Below are positions 29,884-39,160 of a stretch of 64,000 bases of DNA, in pieces; the stretch's first letter is position 1, and each line of letters opens with the position of its first letter. This DNA is from Candidatus Multivoradales bacterium (GTDB lineage: Bacteria; Acidobacteriota; Thermoanaerobaculia; Multivoradales; Multivoraceae), in contig CBDCWI010000002.1 in the NCBI GenBank assembly GCA_965223325.1, positions 4,416,001 to 4,480,000 of the forward strand, in the 5' to 3' direction. A model generated the notes under the pieces. That model searched no databases. It saw only the letters and a program-made list of their open reading frames with translations, and was not told the DNA's origin. The translations under genes were made by a program, and so were the position numbers.

Positions 29884-32193
29884 GTGGCCGAAGGCGCAAT
29901 GAGAAAAGGCACAAGACGTAATGTCAGGCGTCCACGGGTCAAAGCAAGTGTGGTCCTGCTCGCGCACGCGCTGGCGATTTGGCCCACGGTGGCAATCGGT
30001 TCTCTAGCAGCTGAAGAAGAACGGCTCCTCCCGGAGCGGGCTGTCGTGGCAAGCGCACGAGCGAACCTGAGATTTCTCGAGGCGCCTCAGGCGTCCACGT
30101 CCGAGAAGTCAGCCGTCGCCGAGATGGTGCGGAGGTCCCTGCGCTCCCAGTTGCTCATCCTTCGGTCCAAGCTTCAGCGGTCGCACTCGCCAAAAGAAGC
30201 CTCCGGTGTCCTGCGTGAGGTGGAAGAGCTGCTACGTCGAATCCGGGTGCCGCGAGACGGCACCTTGGCCCAAGACGTGGTTTGGAGAGGCGCCACAAGC
30301 GGTTCGATTTCTGGAACGGTCAGGAGGGAGGATGACGGGACGCCGATCGCAGGCGTTGGGATTGTGCTCCGCGAACGGGATCCGGAGGGCCTGATTTTCG
30401 ACGCAGTGGTTACTTCTCCGACCGGATCGTACGGCTTCACGAACGTGCCCGACGGCGTGTATACCCTTCGCACCTTCAACGAGATTGGCCTCGTCGATGA
30501 GCGATGGGAAGACGTCCCTTGCGTCCCCTCCTGCTACTTCTACGAGGGTGATTCGATTGAGGTGGCTGCAGGAGCAGCTATCGGTGCAGTCGACCTATCT
30601 CTTGCCCAGGGCGGCGGCTTCAGTGGCCTAATAGCAGGCGAGGCAGACGGCGAACTCCTCAGGTACTTCCAGGTCGACATTTTCGATCGTGAGGGAGCAG
30701 AGGTGCTGTCCCTGTCGTCTTCCGTTTTCGACTGGGAGTATCCGCTGGGCTTCTACACCATCGGAGGCCTTCCTGCGGGGGACTACTACGCCCGGGCCAC
30801 CGGGTCCGAGGAGTACACCCAGCTCTACAACGGAAGGGACTGCAGGGCTGGCTGTTCGGTTACCGACGGCGATGTCATTCCTGTGGCTCCTGGGGAGATC
30901 ACCGATGGGATCGACTTCTCTCTCTCTAAGGGTGGGGTTGTCAGCGGCACGGTGACGGACGGCCGGACGGGCCTTGTAGTCGAGGGCATTACGGTCGACA
31001 TTCGGGCGATCGGCGACCGCGACCTGGCGACGACGTCGGCAGACGGCCGGTTCGAATCGCGCGCGCTCACGCCCGGCACCTACACAGCGCTCGCTGCGCA
31101 GTATGAAACGGACTACTCCGCGGAGTATTGGGACGACGTTCCATGCTCTGGAGACTGTTCTCCGGGTGGCGCGACGCCGATCGTCGTGGATCTCGATGCG
31201 AGTGTTTCCGATATCGACTTTGTGCTCGCGCCCTTGGCGGCTTTCTCTGGTGCTTTCCGAGCTGGCGACGCCCCTGCTCCGGGTACGGTCCACGTGTTCG
31301 ACGAGGCCGGGGTCTTCGTCAGCGCGTACGGTACGAGCCAAGACGGCACGTATCGCGTGCCAGGGCTCGAACCAGGGACGTATTTCGCCATCAGTCAGTC
31401 TCGCTGGATCGACGCACTCTACGACGGGCTAACGTGCGAGGACTTTGAGTGCGATCCAACGGCCGGAACACCCATCGTCCTCGAGAGGTCCGAGGAGGTG
31501 CCCGGAATCGACTTCGACCTCGGCTTCGGTGGGAGTATCTCGGGCCGGGTTATCGACGAGATGACAGGGGAGCCGGTCTCCGATGCCCTCGTGGAGGTGT
31601 TTCACACGGACATCTTCCTGGTAGATGGAATGCGTACCGACTTCCTTGGGCGCTACCGGACCAGCGAGCCAGGCCTTCTGGGTTCCTACCTGGTTCGTGC
31701 GAACCACTCCCAATACGAAGCTGAGGAATTCGACGGTCTCGATTGCGGCGGCTACGATTGCGCTGACCCTGCAGGTGCGCTGGTCGAAGTCGCGGCCGGA
31801 GAAGAGATCGCCGATATCGACTTCACCCTTCGCCCTCTGGCAACCATCAGTGGCACGATTCGGTCCAACTCGGCTCGACGTCCATCGGTTCACGTCTACG
31901 ACCAGGATGGGATCCCGTTTATCGGCGGAGACGTCTATGCCCTCTCGTGGCAGACGGTCGTTCCTGCGGGGGACTACTTCGCCGGCGCAGGGACCAGTCC
32001 TTTCGACTTTCCAGGCTTGTCGGTCCTCTACGACGGGGTCTACTGTCGGGGCTGCCCGGCGACCGAGGGGACATTGATCCGCCTCTCGCCTGGTGACGTG
32101 CGCACGGGGGTCGACTTCGACCTCCGTGGCCTGCTCTTCATCGATGGTTTCGAAAGCGGCGACTTCCGGGAGTGGGATTCCCTCCGGCCCTGA
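29884..32193 (+). CDS. Secreted adhesin-like protein with carboxypeptidase-regulatory-like Cys-containing repeats and LFIDGFESGD tail
   Basis: Repeats GxISGTV...G.Y...YDGxxC..C...IDFxL; signal-like N-terminus. Confidence 0.8.
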   Translation: MAEGAMRKGTRRNVRRPRVKASVVLLAHALAIWPTVAIGSLAAEEERLLPERAVVASARANLRFLEAPQASTSEKSAVAEMVRRSLRSQLLILRSKLQRSHSPKEASGVLREVEELLRRIRVPRDGTLAQDVVWRGATSGSISGTVRREDDGTPIAGVGIVLRERDPEGLIFDAVVTSPTGSYGFTNVPDGVYTLRTFNEIGLVDERWEDVPCVPSCYFYEGDSIEVAAGAAIGAVDLSLAQGGGFSGLIAGEADGELLRYFQVDIFDREGAEVLSLSSSVFDWEYPLGFYTIGGLPAGDYYARATGSEEYTQLYNGRDCRAGCSVTDGDVIPVAPGEITDGIDFSLSKGGVVSGTVTDGRTGLVVEGITVDIRAIGDRDLATTSADGRFESRALTPGTYTALAAQYETDYSAEYWDDVPCSGDCSPGGATPIVVDLDASVSDIDFVLAPLAAFSGAFRAGDAPAPGTVHVFDEAGVFVSAYGTSQDGTYRVPGLEPGTYFAISQSRWIDALYDGLTCEDFECDPTAGTPIVLERSEEVPGIDFDLGFGGSISGRVIDEMTGEPVSDALVEVFHTDIFLVDGMRTDFLGRYRTSEPGLLGSYLVRANHSQYEAEEFDGLDCGGYDCADPAGALVEVAAGEEIADIDFTLRPLATISGTIRSNSARRPSVHVYDQDGIPFIGGDVYALSWQTVVPAGDYFAGAGTSPFDFPGLSVLYDGVYCRGCPATEGTLIRLSPGDVRTGVDFDLRGLLFIDGFESGDFREWDSLRP

Positions 32194-32202
32194 GTAGCCT
32201 AG

Positions 32203-32395
32203 CTAGTTGCACTCCCGCATACATAGGTCCCTGGCAACGGAGGGTGCCGGATGGTCGGGCAGCTCGTCGGACTCGAAGCGGGCTCTAGGGATTGGGATGG
32301 TTTCAGCGTCTACCAAGACCGAGGAGCCTGCGCTGGTGACGAGGTCGGCTTTCACCAGTCTGTCGCCTGGCCGAACTACCCGGTACACGGACTCC
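32203..32395 (-). pseudogene. 3' fragment of an unknown gene cut at a family B end
   Basis: Open frame to stop at 32203 that runs into element sequence with no start of its own. Confidence 0.3.
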
Positions 32396-32451
32396 GTCTG
32401 GCGTTGCCGCCAAAACTTACCCCCGACCGTGCGCGGCATCGCCGCGCGATC
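32396..32451 (+). mobile_element. Family B solo right end
   Basis: CAAAACTTACCCCCGACCGTGCGCGGCATCGCCGCGCGATC. Confidence 0.9.
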
Positions 32452-32533
32452 AAGGTTCAAGGGTGGCCTCCCCACCATCCATCGCCTGCTGGAGCTCGTA
32501 GGGCCCGGTTGTTCTCCAAACATGAGAAGCCAA

Positions 32534-33080
32534 TGTCTAGCACCAACGTCTCTCGGCCTGGGTTTTCGGTGGACACATGATCCGAGCTAAGTTCGGGTTG
32601 GAGGTGTCGAATGTCGAAGACGAAACGAAGAGCTCCGAAGACGAAGGGCCGTTGGTCGGCAAAGCGCAAGGCCTCTGTGGTCCTGCGTCTTCTTCGCGGC
32701 GAGTCACTTGACGAGGTGTCGCGCGAGACCGGCCTGACGGTGGCTCGTCTGAGCGAGTGGCGCGAGTCCTTCCTGAGCGCAGGTGAGGAGGGCTTGAAGG
32801 CCCGTACCGAGGATCCGGTGGTCGAGTCTCTTGTCGAGGACAAGCGGCGGCTGCAGGCGAAGATCGGTGAACTGACGATGGATCAGGAGCTTCTGTTCGA
32901 GAAGATCCATCGCCTGGAGGGCGAGAAGCCTTTTCTTGGATGGAGGTCGAGGAAGTGAGTGCCGCACCCTCTCCCTCCACGGGAATCCGCTACGGCATAT
33001 CACGGGTCTGTCGTCTCTGGGAGGTTGCCCGGTCTGGCTTCTACGCCGCGCGCAAGCGCCGCGAGTCTTGCGGGGCGGGG
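32534..33080 (+). mobile_element. Truncated IS3-family element (left end, orfA, start of orfB)
   Basis: TG start at 32534; orfA HTH; orfB (GTG 32955) YGISRVCRLWEVARSGFY breaks off after ~40 codons. Confidence 0.75.
32611..32958 (+). CDS. IS3-family OrfA (HTH plus coiled coil)
   Basis: RWSAKRKASVVLRLLRGESL...WRESFL...LQAKIGELTM. Confidence 0.85.
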   Translation: MSKTKRRAPKTKGRWSAKRKASVVLRLLRGESLDEVSRETGLTVARLSEWRESFLSAGEEGLKARTEDPVVESLVEDKRRLQAKIGELTMDQELLFEKIHRLEGEKPFLGWRSRK

Positions 33081-33405
33081 TGGTGGGCGAGGAGGCAGTT
33101 TCTGCGAGGCAGTCTCGCCCACCCAGACTCGCAGCCCCTCGTCACCTACGATGTGTTCGACATAGAGGCCGTTCTCGCTCCACTCTCGCTTAACGGCCCA
33201 CCTTGCGCGCCACTCCGCCTTGGACGCTGGCAGTTCGAAGCTCCAGAACTTACCGGAGGGGTCGCAACCCGGCTGGATGACGCGGAAGATACGGGTTCCA
33301 GGGGGCAGGAAGACGGGATTTGGCGGTCTGGTGAATGTTGAATCCGCCACGCCGGGAAGGTTGTCCCACCCGGTCTTTGTGCGCTCCACACCCTGCAGGT
33401 CTGGT
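33080..33405 (-). pseudogene. Orphan fragment resembling a polymorphic-toxin C-terminal domain
   Basis: TF..P.PVFLPPGTRIFRV...FW...KAEWRARWAVKREWSENG.YVE...GLRVWVGETASQ recalls RHS toxin tips; no start or stop of its own. Confidence 0.55.
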
Positions 33406-33597
33406 GAGGCTTCGCCTCGAGACGTTCCAGGCACCTATGTTTCACGGCCATGCGAGGTTCACGCGCCTGCCGAGATTCACGAGCGTCAGCGGCCATCAGG
33501 AAAGTGAGGCCGCCTTGCCTCCAGCGGCGTGCCACCGGCGTTTTGCTGCCACGCGACGCCCCGCGAGGGGCTTGGAACAACGGCACTCGAAGGTGGG
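33406..33597 (+). mobile_element. Family A solo left end (~190 bp)
   Basis: GAGGCTTCGCCTCGAGACGTTCCAGGCACCTATG...GGCACTCGAAGGTGGG. Confidence 0.9.
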
Positions 33598-33604
33598 AGA
33601 CGCT

Positions 33605-33970
33605 CTAGGGGTCCAGACGGTCTGAACCGCCCGACCAGGGCAGTCGATGCTCGTAGTCGCACGCCGCGACGGCCATGATGTCTTTGGCCCAGAAAGCTCT
33701 CAGTAGTGTGCTGACGAGATCGAGAAACTGAGACTCTTCTGCGCCTTCGAATGGGTCGATTTCCAGCACCCAACCGGAGAACAGAAAGTTGGATCGGGTG
33801 CGAGCGAAATCCCCTTCCTTCCAGATGTCGTTCGAGCGAAGTTCGAGTTCCGCGAACCCGACGTCGTACATGCCTCGAGCGTCCTTCGGATTCTCGAGAA
33901 CTTCGTTGAGCACCGACTGGATCTCGTGGTTGAGCTCGCCGCTCAGGTACATCGTGCATTCGAGTTTCAA
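33605..33970 (-). CDS. Putative immunity protein
   Basis: 121 aa overlapping toxin stop by 4 bp; NFLF..LEIDP...LLRAFW..MAVAACDYE..LP. Confidence 0.65.
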   Translation of the reverse strand: MKLECTMYLSGELNHEIQSVLNEVLENPKDARGMYDVGFAELELRSNDIWKEGDFARTRSNFLFSGWVLEIDPFEGAEESQFLDLVSTLLRAFWAKDIMAVAACDYEHRLPWSGGSDRLDP

Positions 33971-35799
33971 AACTGACCTCCGGAGGGTAACTGTAGCCGA
34001 ACACCATGATCGAACGGCCCACCTTCGAGGACGATCGAGAAGTCGATCTCGAAGCCATAGAGATCTCTGACCTCGTTCCTGACCTGCCTGAGGCCAGCCT
34101 GCTTCGCGTTGATCTTTCCGCTCTCTAGCGAATAGAGAATTGTGCGCTCGGCGGAGCTGCCTGGGTTCCTTCGAGCTAGTAGGTCTTCGGCGATCCGATT
34201 GAAGGTTGCGCGATCCACCCGCACTGCAAAGTCGAGGTCACTCGGTTTCCCATCAAGGTCTGGAAACTCTCGAACACTCTTGCCTCGGTCTATGCGACTC
34301 CCTTGAATGATGAGGTCATCACCAAGTCCCAGTGCCTTTGCCTCAGCTCTCAGCATTCTGGACATCGTTACGAAGTCGTCGGGTGTTACACCGCGGGGAA
34401 CTTTCAAGCGGAGGACGTCGTCGAAGAACGACCCTCCGGCTGTCAGAGGGATGACACTGGTGGAGATCTGGACGCTCTGTTCAAGTAGGTCTGCCGTTCG
34501 TGCCATGCCCTTGAACGAAGCGTGAAAGACATCGTTCGCGGAGGTGGGCTTCTCCGGGCCCAGAACCTGAGTTGCGATCTCGACAGCGCGATGCATCGGG
34601 AGCCCATCGCGTTTCTCCAGATAGGCGGCCATCGCTGGGATTCCGGCCCCTGGATGAGCCTGCTGCCAGCGGGCAAGGGCGATGAAATGCGTATTGCCCG
34701 CTTGCAGCACCCCTGCTGCCCGCGTCAGCCTCCGCTGGGCGGCTTGAAGGGCTGTCGCGTAACTGACGAGGCCATAGGACGCTCCGCCTTGGTCCCGTGT
34801 CTCGAACGCTGCTTTCGCCCTCTCGAACGCTGCGTGGGCTGCCTCCAGTTCGGCGAGCGTCGCGAGGTGTTCACCGGGAGTGACGGCGGCCCGTGCAACT
34901 CTTCCCTCTTCTGAAATGCCGATCTCGAATACCCAGGCTGCTGCTTGGCCTGTGCCGACACCTTTGCCCGTTGTCGCCTGATCATCCGTGACCTGCCGTG
35001 GGCGGTTCGTTGCGGACTCCAGGTCAGCAACGCTGACGCCGAGTACTTGCGCAACCTGGCTGAGATCGTCTGCTCTTGGCGGAGACTCGGATCTATGCGG
35101 TCCAGGCACCGCGGGGGGTTCGTTGGCGGCTTTCGCGTTGGCAGTGCCATGGAACCAGGCCAAGTCATCAAGACTGAAGTCTCGGCCTGCGTCGAGATCG
35201 CTAGTGAAGTCATGTTCAACGTCGAAGTTGAAGCCGAGGTCGAAGTTCGTGTCCAGCCAGGCGTCTTCTTGCCGCGGCAGACCACCCCAGAGGCTGAACT
35301 CTGCAGGCTCTGTATCGAAGCCTGGCGCGTTCCAGTTCCAGTCAAGGTTGTCGAGCCCCAGGCCGAGCTGTCGTTCTTCGGTGCTTCCGAAGTCGAAATC
35401 GAAGCCGAGGTCGTAGTCCCAGCCGAGGTCGAGTTCTCGCGGCTCTTTGAGGTCGCTGGGAGTGCCGAAGTCGTAGGCCCATGGGTCGAGGCTCCAGTCG
35501 GAGCCGAAGGGATCGTCGTAGGAGGAATCGGAGTCGAAGTTCCAGAGGTCGTCGTTGTTGCTTCCGAAGTCAGTGTCGAAGTCACTCCCGAAGTCGGTGT
35601 CAAACTCGAGGCCGAGGTCGAACGTTGCGGGTGGCTGGGTGTTCGAGTCGAAAAGTGAGCCGAAGCCACCGGACCCTGACGGTTCGTAGCTGTCGTTCTC
35701 GAGGCTGGTTGAGGTCCCGAAACCGCCGTCAGAACCGCCGAAGGTGTCGGCCAGGTTGAGGCCGAAGCCTGAGGAATTGTCGTTTCTGATGTCGGTCAT
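33967..35799 (-). CDS. Putative polymorphic toxin: D/F/G-rich N-terminus, helical linker, C-terminal nucleotidyltransferase-fold domain
   Basis: IIQGSR...SDLDFAVRV (GS-DxD) and EIDFSIV..GGPFD; small downstream partner gene. Confidence 0.65.
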   Translation of the reverse strand: MTDIRNDNSSGFGLNLADTFGGSDGGFGTSTSLENDSYEPSGSGGFGSLFDSNTQPPATFDLGLEFDTDFGSDFDTDFGSNNDDLWNFDSDSSYDDPFGSDWSLDPWAYDFGTPSDLKEPRELDLGWDYDLGFDFDFGSTEERQLGLGLDNLDWNWNAPGFDTEPAEFSLWGGLPRQEDAWLDTNFDLGFNFDVEHDFTSDLDAGRDFSLDDLAWFHGTANAKAANEPPAVPGPHRSESPPRADDLSQVAQVLGVSVADLESATNRPRQVTDDQATTGKGVGTGQAAAWVFEIGISEEGRVARAAVTPGEHLATLAELEAAHAAFERAKAAFETRDQGGASYGLVSYATALQAAQRRLTRAAGVLQAGNTHFIALARWQQAHPGAGIPAMAAYLEKRDGLPMHRAVEIATQVLGPEKPTSANDVFHASFKGMARTADLLEQSVQISTSVIPLTAGGSFFDDVLRLKVPRGVTPDDFVTMSRMLRAEAKALGLGDDLIIQGSRIDRGKSVREFPDLDGKPSDLDFAVRVDRATFNRIAEDLLARRNPGSSAERTILYSLESGKINAKQAGLRQVRNEVRDLYGFEIDFSIVLEGGPFDHGVRLQLPSGGQF

Positions 35800-35916
35800 C
35801 GCGCGGGCTCCGGAAAGCAGGGGTGAGCTGCCTCTTCCTTCTTCCGGATTGCCGGGGCCTTGTTACAGGCCCATCAGACTGAGGTTGACGCCTCATGAAT
35901 TCACGCCGCAGACTCG

Positions 35917-37773
35917 CTAAAGGGCGCAGGCCTCCTTCTGAAGAGAAGCGTCATCGGGCTCTTTGTCTTGTCCGTGCTCGGCGACCGGTGTCACCTCTTT
36001 TCCCATCGCCGATTCGATCAAGCGCATCAGGCGTCTGCGACGGTCCTCGAGGAACTCGTCGAAGTCATCGCGGCGCAAGAAACCGGGCGAGAGCGCGTGG
36101 CTCGAGAGCAGGTCGTCCATTTCGGCGTCACTCAGGGCCACCTGTTTGTGTTGCTGGATTCTCGGTAGGTATTGAGAGGGGGCTTCGCCACCAATCTTGC
36201 GATTGGCTTTGTAGGAGATCGGCGTCTTGTTGAGAATGGAGTCGTAGCGGTCCTTCCCGATGCCGTGCTTCCTGCACCAGGCACGCGGGAAGATGTGGTG
36301 GATATCGAGAGAGATCTCCTCGGTATCGAGTTCCTTGATGGTGGATTTCCAGAACCAGTCTCTCGAGCCTTCACGAAGAACGAGGACATTGATGCCCTTG
36401 TAGGCGGCGCTGAGCCGCGAGCGAAGCGTGTCGAGGCGCTCAGGCTGAAAGTTTGCGTCTCGCACGGTGCGTGGCAAGGTCGTGTCGTCTTCGAACCAGC
36501 GAAGGAGCTCTTCGTAGTCGTTGGCCATGCGGGTTTCAACGGCGCCGCCGTAGAGCTCACCCAGTACACCAGACCAGAACCAGCGAGCCAGCTTGTCGTA
36601 GACCCTGGGCTCGAGCCAGCGATCGCTCAGCTTCGTGAGCACTGCAGCCAGCGGGACGAGTTGTGTGCTGTAGGGCAGCTCTCGTCGGCTGTAGAAGCAT
36701 TCTTTTCGCAGGAAGCGCGCGGCGTTTCGGAACCCACCCTCCAGGTCATTGGCCCACTTCTTCCAAGCGGCCAATGGGAGCTGGAGTACGTCGGCCCGTT
36801 TCGCGCTCACGGGGCGAACCTGCTTCCCGCTCTTGCCGGCGGCAAGATCTGCTTTCCTCACTTCGTGGGTGTGAAGCAGACTGATGGCTTGAAGGAACTC
36901 TGTGGCCTCGGTTCCTTCGAGGAGTGGATCTTCTTCCAAACGGGCCTGCCTCGATTCGACTTCGCGAACATCCGAGCCGAACCAATCGTCTCGCAGGTTG
37001 TAGCCGTCGGCCGCATAGCTCGCGGTGATCAACTCGAAGACGGAAAGCTTCACGCCGCCGGTGTTCACTTTCTCGAACACCAGGCACACCGCTTCCTTCG
37101 ACGTCTCTTTCTTGAGCAGGATCAAAGGGAGTTGGTAGCTGCGGAAGGCCGTGAGGACATCGCTACGGAACTTCATGTAGGTGTCGAACTGGTCCGAGGC
37201 AACTCGGTGAAGGGTGGTCTCCCACTCATCGCAGCTCATCACTTGAGAACAGGGAAAGTGGAGCTGTTCGCATTCGCGTTCGGTACTCGAGAGGTCGAGA
37301 TCCACCTGCCGTCCGAAGTCGCTCCGGATCTGCCGGTTCTCGTCAACGGCAATTACGGCTTCGTCCAGGGCATGCGGCGCTTCTACCGCTCGCTTGATGT
37401 CGAAGTAGTAGTGGCGCTTGATCTTCTTGCCCTTCGCGGTCCGCGTGTTGACGGCCTGGGGGAGTGCGAGGGCTTGAGTGAGCGTGGTGAGGCGCTGTTG
37501 CCCATCGAGAATGAGCTTCTCGGGCGCCACGTCCTTCCCGATCATGTCCTCTAGCCCTTCGACAGGCCGGGTCTCGAAGCGGACTTCGCCGCCAGCTTCG
37601 AGCAGCATGACGGCGCCAATTGGAAAGGATCGCGCGATGCTGACGAGTAGATCCTGGATGTGATCGTCGTCCCAGACCCAGCCGCGTTGGAAGTCGGGAA
37701 GCTGGATCCTGCCTTCGGTGATTCCTCTCAGCAGGGCGTTCAGGGATTCCTTGGTGCTGTCGAATGTCGTCAT
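35917..37773 (-). CDS. DUF262/GmrSD-family restriction endonuclease-like protein
   Basis: LPDFQRGWVW, ILDGQQRLTT, VFEKVNTGG.KL, DIHHIFP, N motifs. Confidence 0.9.
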   Translation of the reverse strand: MTTFDSTKESLNALLRGITEGRIQLPDFQRGWVWDDDHIQDLLVSIARSFPIGAVMLLEAGGEVRFETRPVEGLEDMIGKDVAPEKLILDGQQRLTTLTQALALPQAVNTRTAKGKKIKRHYYFDIKRAVEAPHALDEAVIAVDENRQIRSDFGRQVDLDLSSTERECEQLHFPCSQVMSCDEWETTLHRVASDQFDTYMKFRSDVLTAFRSYQLPLILLKKETSKEAVCLVFEKVNTGGVKLSVFELITASYAADGYNLRDDWFGSDVREVESRQARLEEDPLLEGTEATEFLQAISLLHTHEVRKADLAAGKSGKQVRPVSAKRADVLQLPLAAWKKWANDLEGGFRNAARFLRKECFYSRRELPYSTQLVPLAAVLTKLSDRWLEPRVYDKLARWFWSGVLGELYGGAVETRMANDYEELLRWFEDDTTLPRTVRDANFQPERLDTLRSRLSAAYKGINVLVLREGSRDWFWKSTIKELDTEEISLDIHHIFPRAWCRKHGIGKDRYDSILNKTPISYKANRKIGGEAPSQYLPRIQQHKQVALSDAEMDDLLSSHALSPGFLRRDDFDEFLEDRRRRLMRLIESAMGKEVTPVAEHGQDKEPDDASLQKEACAL

Positions 37774-38038
37774 GGGCTGGCGTTTCCTTGGCGTGTTTCG
37801 AGCGGTCGGGGCGGGTTCGAACTCGGTGGTCCGTTCGCTGTCACGGCATGCTCCGAGGGAACTCCCGGTGAATCGTAGGCCTCCCTCGTTGCTACTGCCG
37901 TGCACCGTCAGCGGTAGCCGGCGGGCGTCCCGCTGATTGGGAGTCACCCGAAGCACAGAAATTATAGATTAAGTAGAATTGCGAGACTTGGCTTTTCGGC
38001 AGCCAATACCTCATTTCGAGTTCTTTCGAGGGCAATCG

Positions 38039-39016
38039 ATGTCTATTCTCCGATTTGTGCTCCCCGCGCTTCTAGTCGCGCCCCTTCATCCCTCTCCTCC
38101 AGAAAGAGACGTGACCACCGTGCCCTCTGGGACCCGCGCTCGCGCCGTTCTCGTGGATTGGCTCGGTTCACGCGGTACAGATGTTGGGGCCGAGCCGCTC
38201 TTCTGCCTCGATGAGGATGTCCACGCTGGCACGAGCACTTTGCTCAACCGCGGCATGCCGGTCGTGGGCATTGTGGATCGGGTGTCGACGGGCGGAGCCG
38301 GGTTTGACCCGGGCGACATCGCAGTTCGGCTCAAGGTCCTCCTGACACCGGACGGCGGGCGTATCTCGGTCTCGGGTTCCGGTTCTTTCGTCGGCGGGAG
38401 CAACGCCGCTAGTGCCGTGTGGGGGGGTCTGATGGCCCTGGGCACTCGCGGAGACGACGTGAAACTGCCGCCTGGAACGGCGATTGAGTTCGAGACGGCG
38501 GCCGAGGCGTCCTGGTCGCGCGAAGCGGAGGTTGACGGGCCAGAGTGGAGGCGCTGCCGTGACTTTCTCCAGTTCGCGCAACTCCCGGCTCTGCCTCTTT
38601 CCGAGCTCGAGACGGCCAAGACGTACCGGTGGCCCGGGAATGAACTGGTTGGAGACCTGGACGTCGCGGATCTCGAGGAGGGTTCGCAGACTCCCGTTCA
38701 ACTCCGGGGGGTCGTCATCTACGACGCCTTCTTGCTGAACACGAAGTTCGGCTTGACCCTTTCCAAGAAGAAGGCGGCTTTCGATCTCTCCACGATCATT
38801 CAGGTGCTCGAGTCGCACGATAAGCGCGTAGACATGCGGGTGAGTTTGCTCGATGGCGACGAAGTGCTCGCGACTGTTCTCAAGAAGGGAATCGACGCCG
38901 AGGAGGAGAAGGTCAAGAAGGTCGATCTCCGGCTTCGGACGGAGCGCGAGCTGTACGAGCGCGCGGTTAATTCAGGCGGCGGTCGACTTCGGCTGGAGAT
39001 GAAGGTGCGAGAGTAG
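38039..39016 (+). CDS. Secreted hypothetical protein
   Basis: Signal-like N-terminus; G.DVKLPPGT motif; long unbroken ORF. Confidence 0.6.
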   Translation: MSILRFVLPALLVAPLHPSPPERDVTTVPSGTRARAVLVDWLGSRGTDVGAEPLFCLDEDVHAGTSTLLNRGMPVVGIVDRVSTGGAGFDPGDIAVRLKVLLTPDGGRISVSGSGSFVGGSNAASAVWGGLMALGTRGDDVKLPPGTAIEFETAAEASWSREAEVDGPEWRRCRDFLQFAQLPALPLSELETAKTYRWPGNELVGDLDVADLEEGSQTPVQLRGVVIYDAFLLNTKFGLTLSKKKAAFDLSTIIQVLESHDKRVDMRVSLLDGDEVLATVLKKGIDAEEEKVKKVDLRLRTERELYERAVNSGGGRLRLEMKVRE

Positions 39017-39160
39017 TTCAGAGCCTAAGGGTCGAGCCAGTCTGAACCGCCCGATCGGGGTGGTCGGTGTTCGTTGGCGTCCCCAGGGAGTCGTCGGCCG
39101 CGTCACACTGTAGCTACGGGTACCGTCATTCGCCCTGGCGGCGTTCCGCGCCTGGCGGCT

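Noticed and set aside
36172-37554. 460-aa plus-strand ORF (likewise 5718-6638, 9722-11080, 16301-17461, 14703-15743)
   Set aside because: Antisense shadows of well-supported genes in high-GC DNA
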